A stretch of 63,460 bases of DNA, the filler included, from Folioceros fuciformis (lineage: Eukaryota), in the NCBI GenBank assembly GCA_049999805.1. It is 9 parts of 9 records of this genome, joined end to end, with 100 filler letters (N's around TTAATTAATTAA, not from the genome) between each part and the next. Parts side by side here need not be neighbours in the genome. Positions count along the whole stretch, not along the records: positions 61,394 to 63,460 come from JBNGIO010003456.1; 8 more parts are not named here. One strand, written 5' to 3'. The notes beneath the pieces were generated by a model, which saw only the letters and a program-made list of their open reading frames with translations, did not search any database and was not told where the DNA came from. Below, in pieces: positions 63,228-63,460 of the stretch. Positions within the stretch are counted from its first letter, which is position 1, and the number at the start of each line of letters is the position of its first letter. A program made the translations under genes and the position numbers.

Positions 63228-63460
63228 GGAACCATTGACTGTGGCTGAAGCTCTACAAGGGAAGGATTACGAGCACTGGAAAGAAGCCATGGATGAGAAG
63301 ATGAGGTCCCTTGAAGGTAATGACACGTGGATATTGACAACATTGCCCGCAGGAAGGAATGCCATTGGGTGTAAGTGGGTGTTCAGAATCAAGAGAAATG
63401 CAAGTGGGAAAATTGATAGATTCAAGGCTAGGTTGGTGGTGAAGGGATACTCCCAAGAGG
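63228..63460 (+). mobile_element. Ty1/copia reverse transcriptase N-terminal fragment
   Basis: EPLTVAEAL..WKEAMDEKMRSLEGNDTWILTTLPAGRNAIGCKWVFRIK..FKARLVVKGYSQ. Confidence 0.92.

Overview
Eukaryotic land-plant nuclear scaffold: gene-dense, with short spliceosomal introns and a flagellar gene, so most likely a seed-free plant such as a hornwort or lycophyte (inference). It consists of several contigs joined by N-runs carrying a TTAATTAATTAA linker, so adjacency across linkers is not guaranteed. Host genes: LRR receptor kinase, a conserved unknown membrane protein, a secreted Pro/Cys-rich protein, GCD1/mS45-like, a Gly-rich C-terminal fragment, CERK1-like LysM receptor kinase, MAKR-like protein, DEG5, RING-H2 E3, strumpellin (WASHC5), CYB5D1, a DREPP/PCaP-like protein and NdhT. 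Mobile DNA: a decayed chromodomain Ty3/gypsy element with non-TG..CA LTR ends, two copies of one LINE family, and Copia and gypsy fragments. The standout is an apparently intact, intron-containing gene of about 1,050 codons (29363-~32900). It fuses an N-terminal ParB/Srx-like domain (DGNHR) to a C-terminal beta-class amino (N6A/N4C-type) DNA methyltransferase fold with a variant catalytic motif (DVPT). This prokaryote/phage-type architecture appears to have been domesticated in a plant. A five-copy three-way-junction-like motif array (17625-18189) is also unexplained. All calls come from motif recognition by eye; no searches were run.
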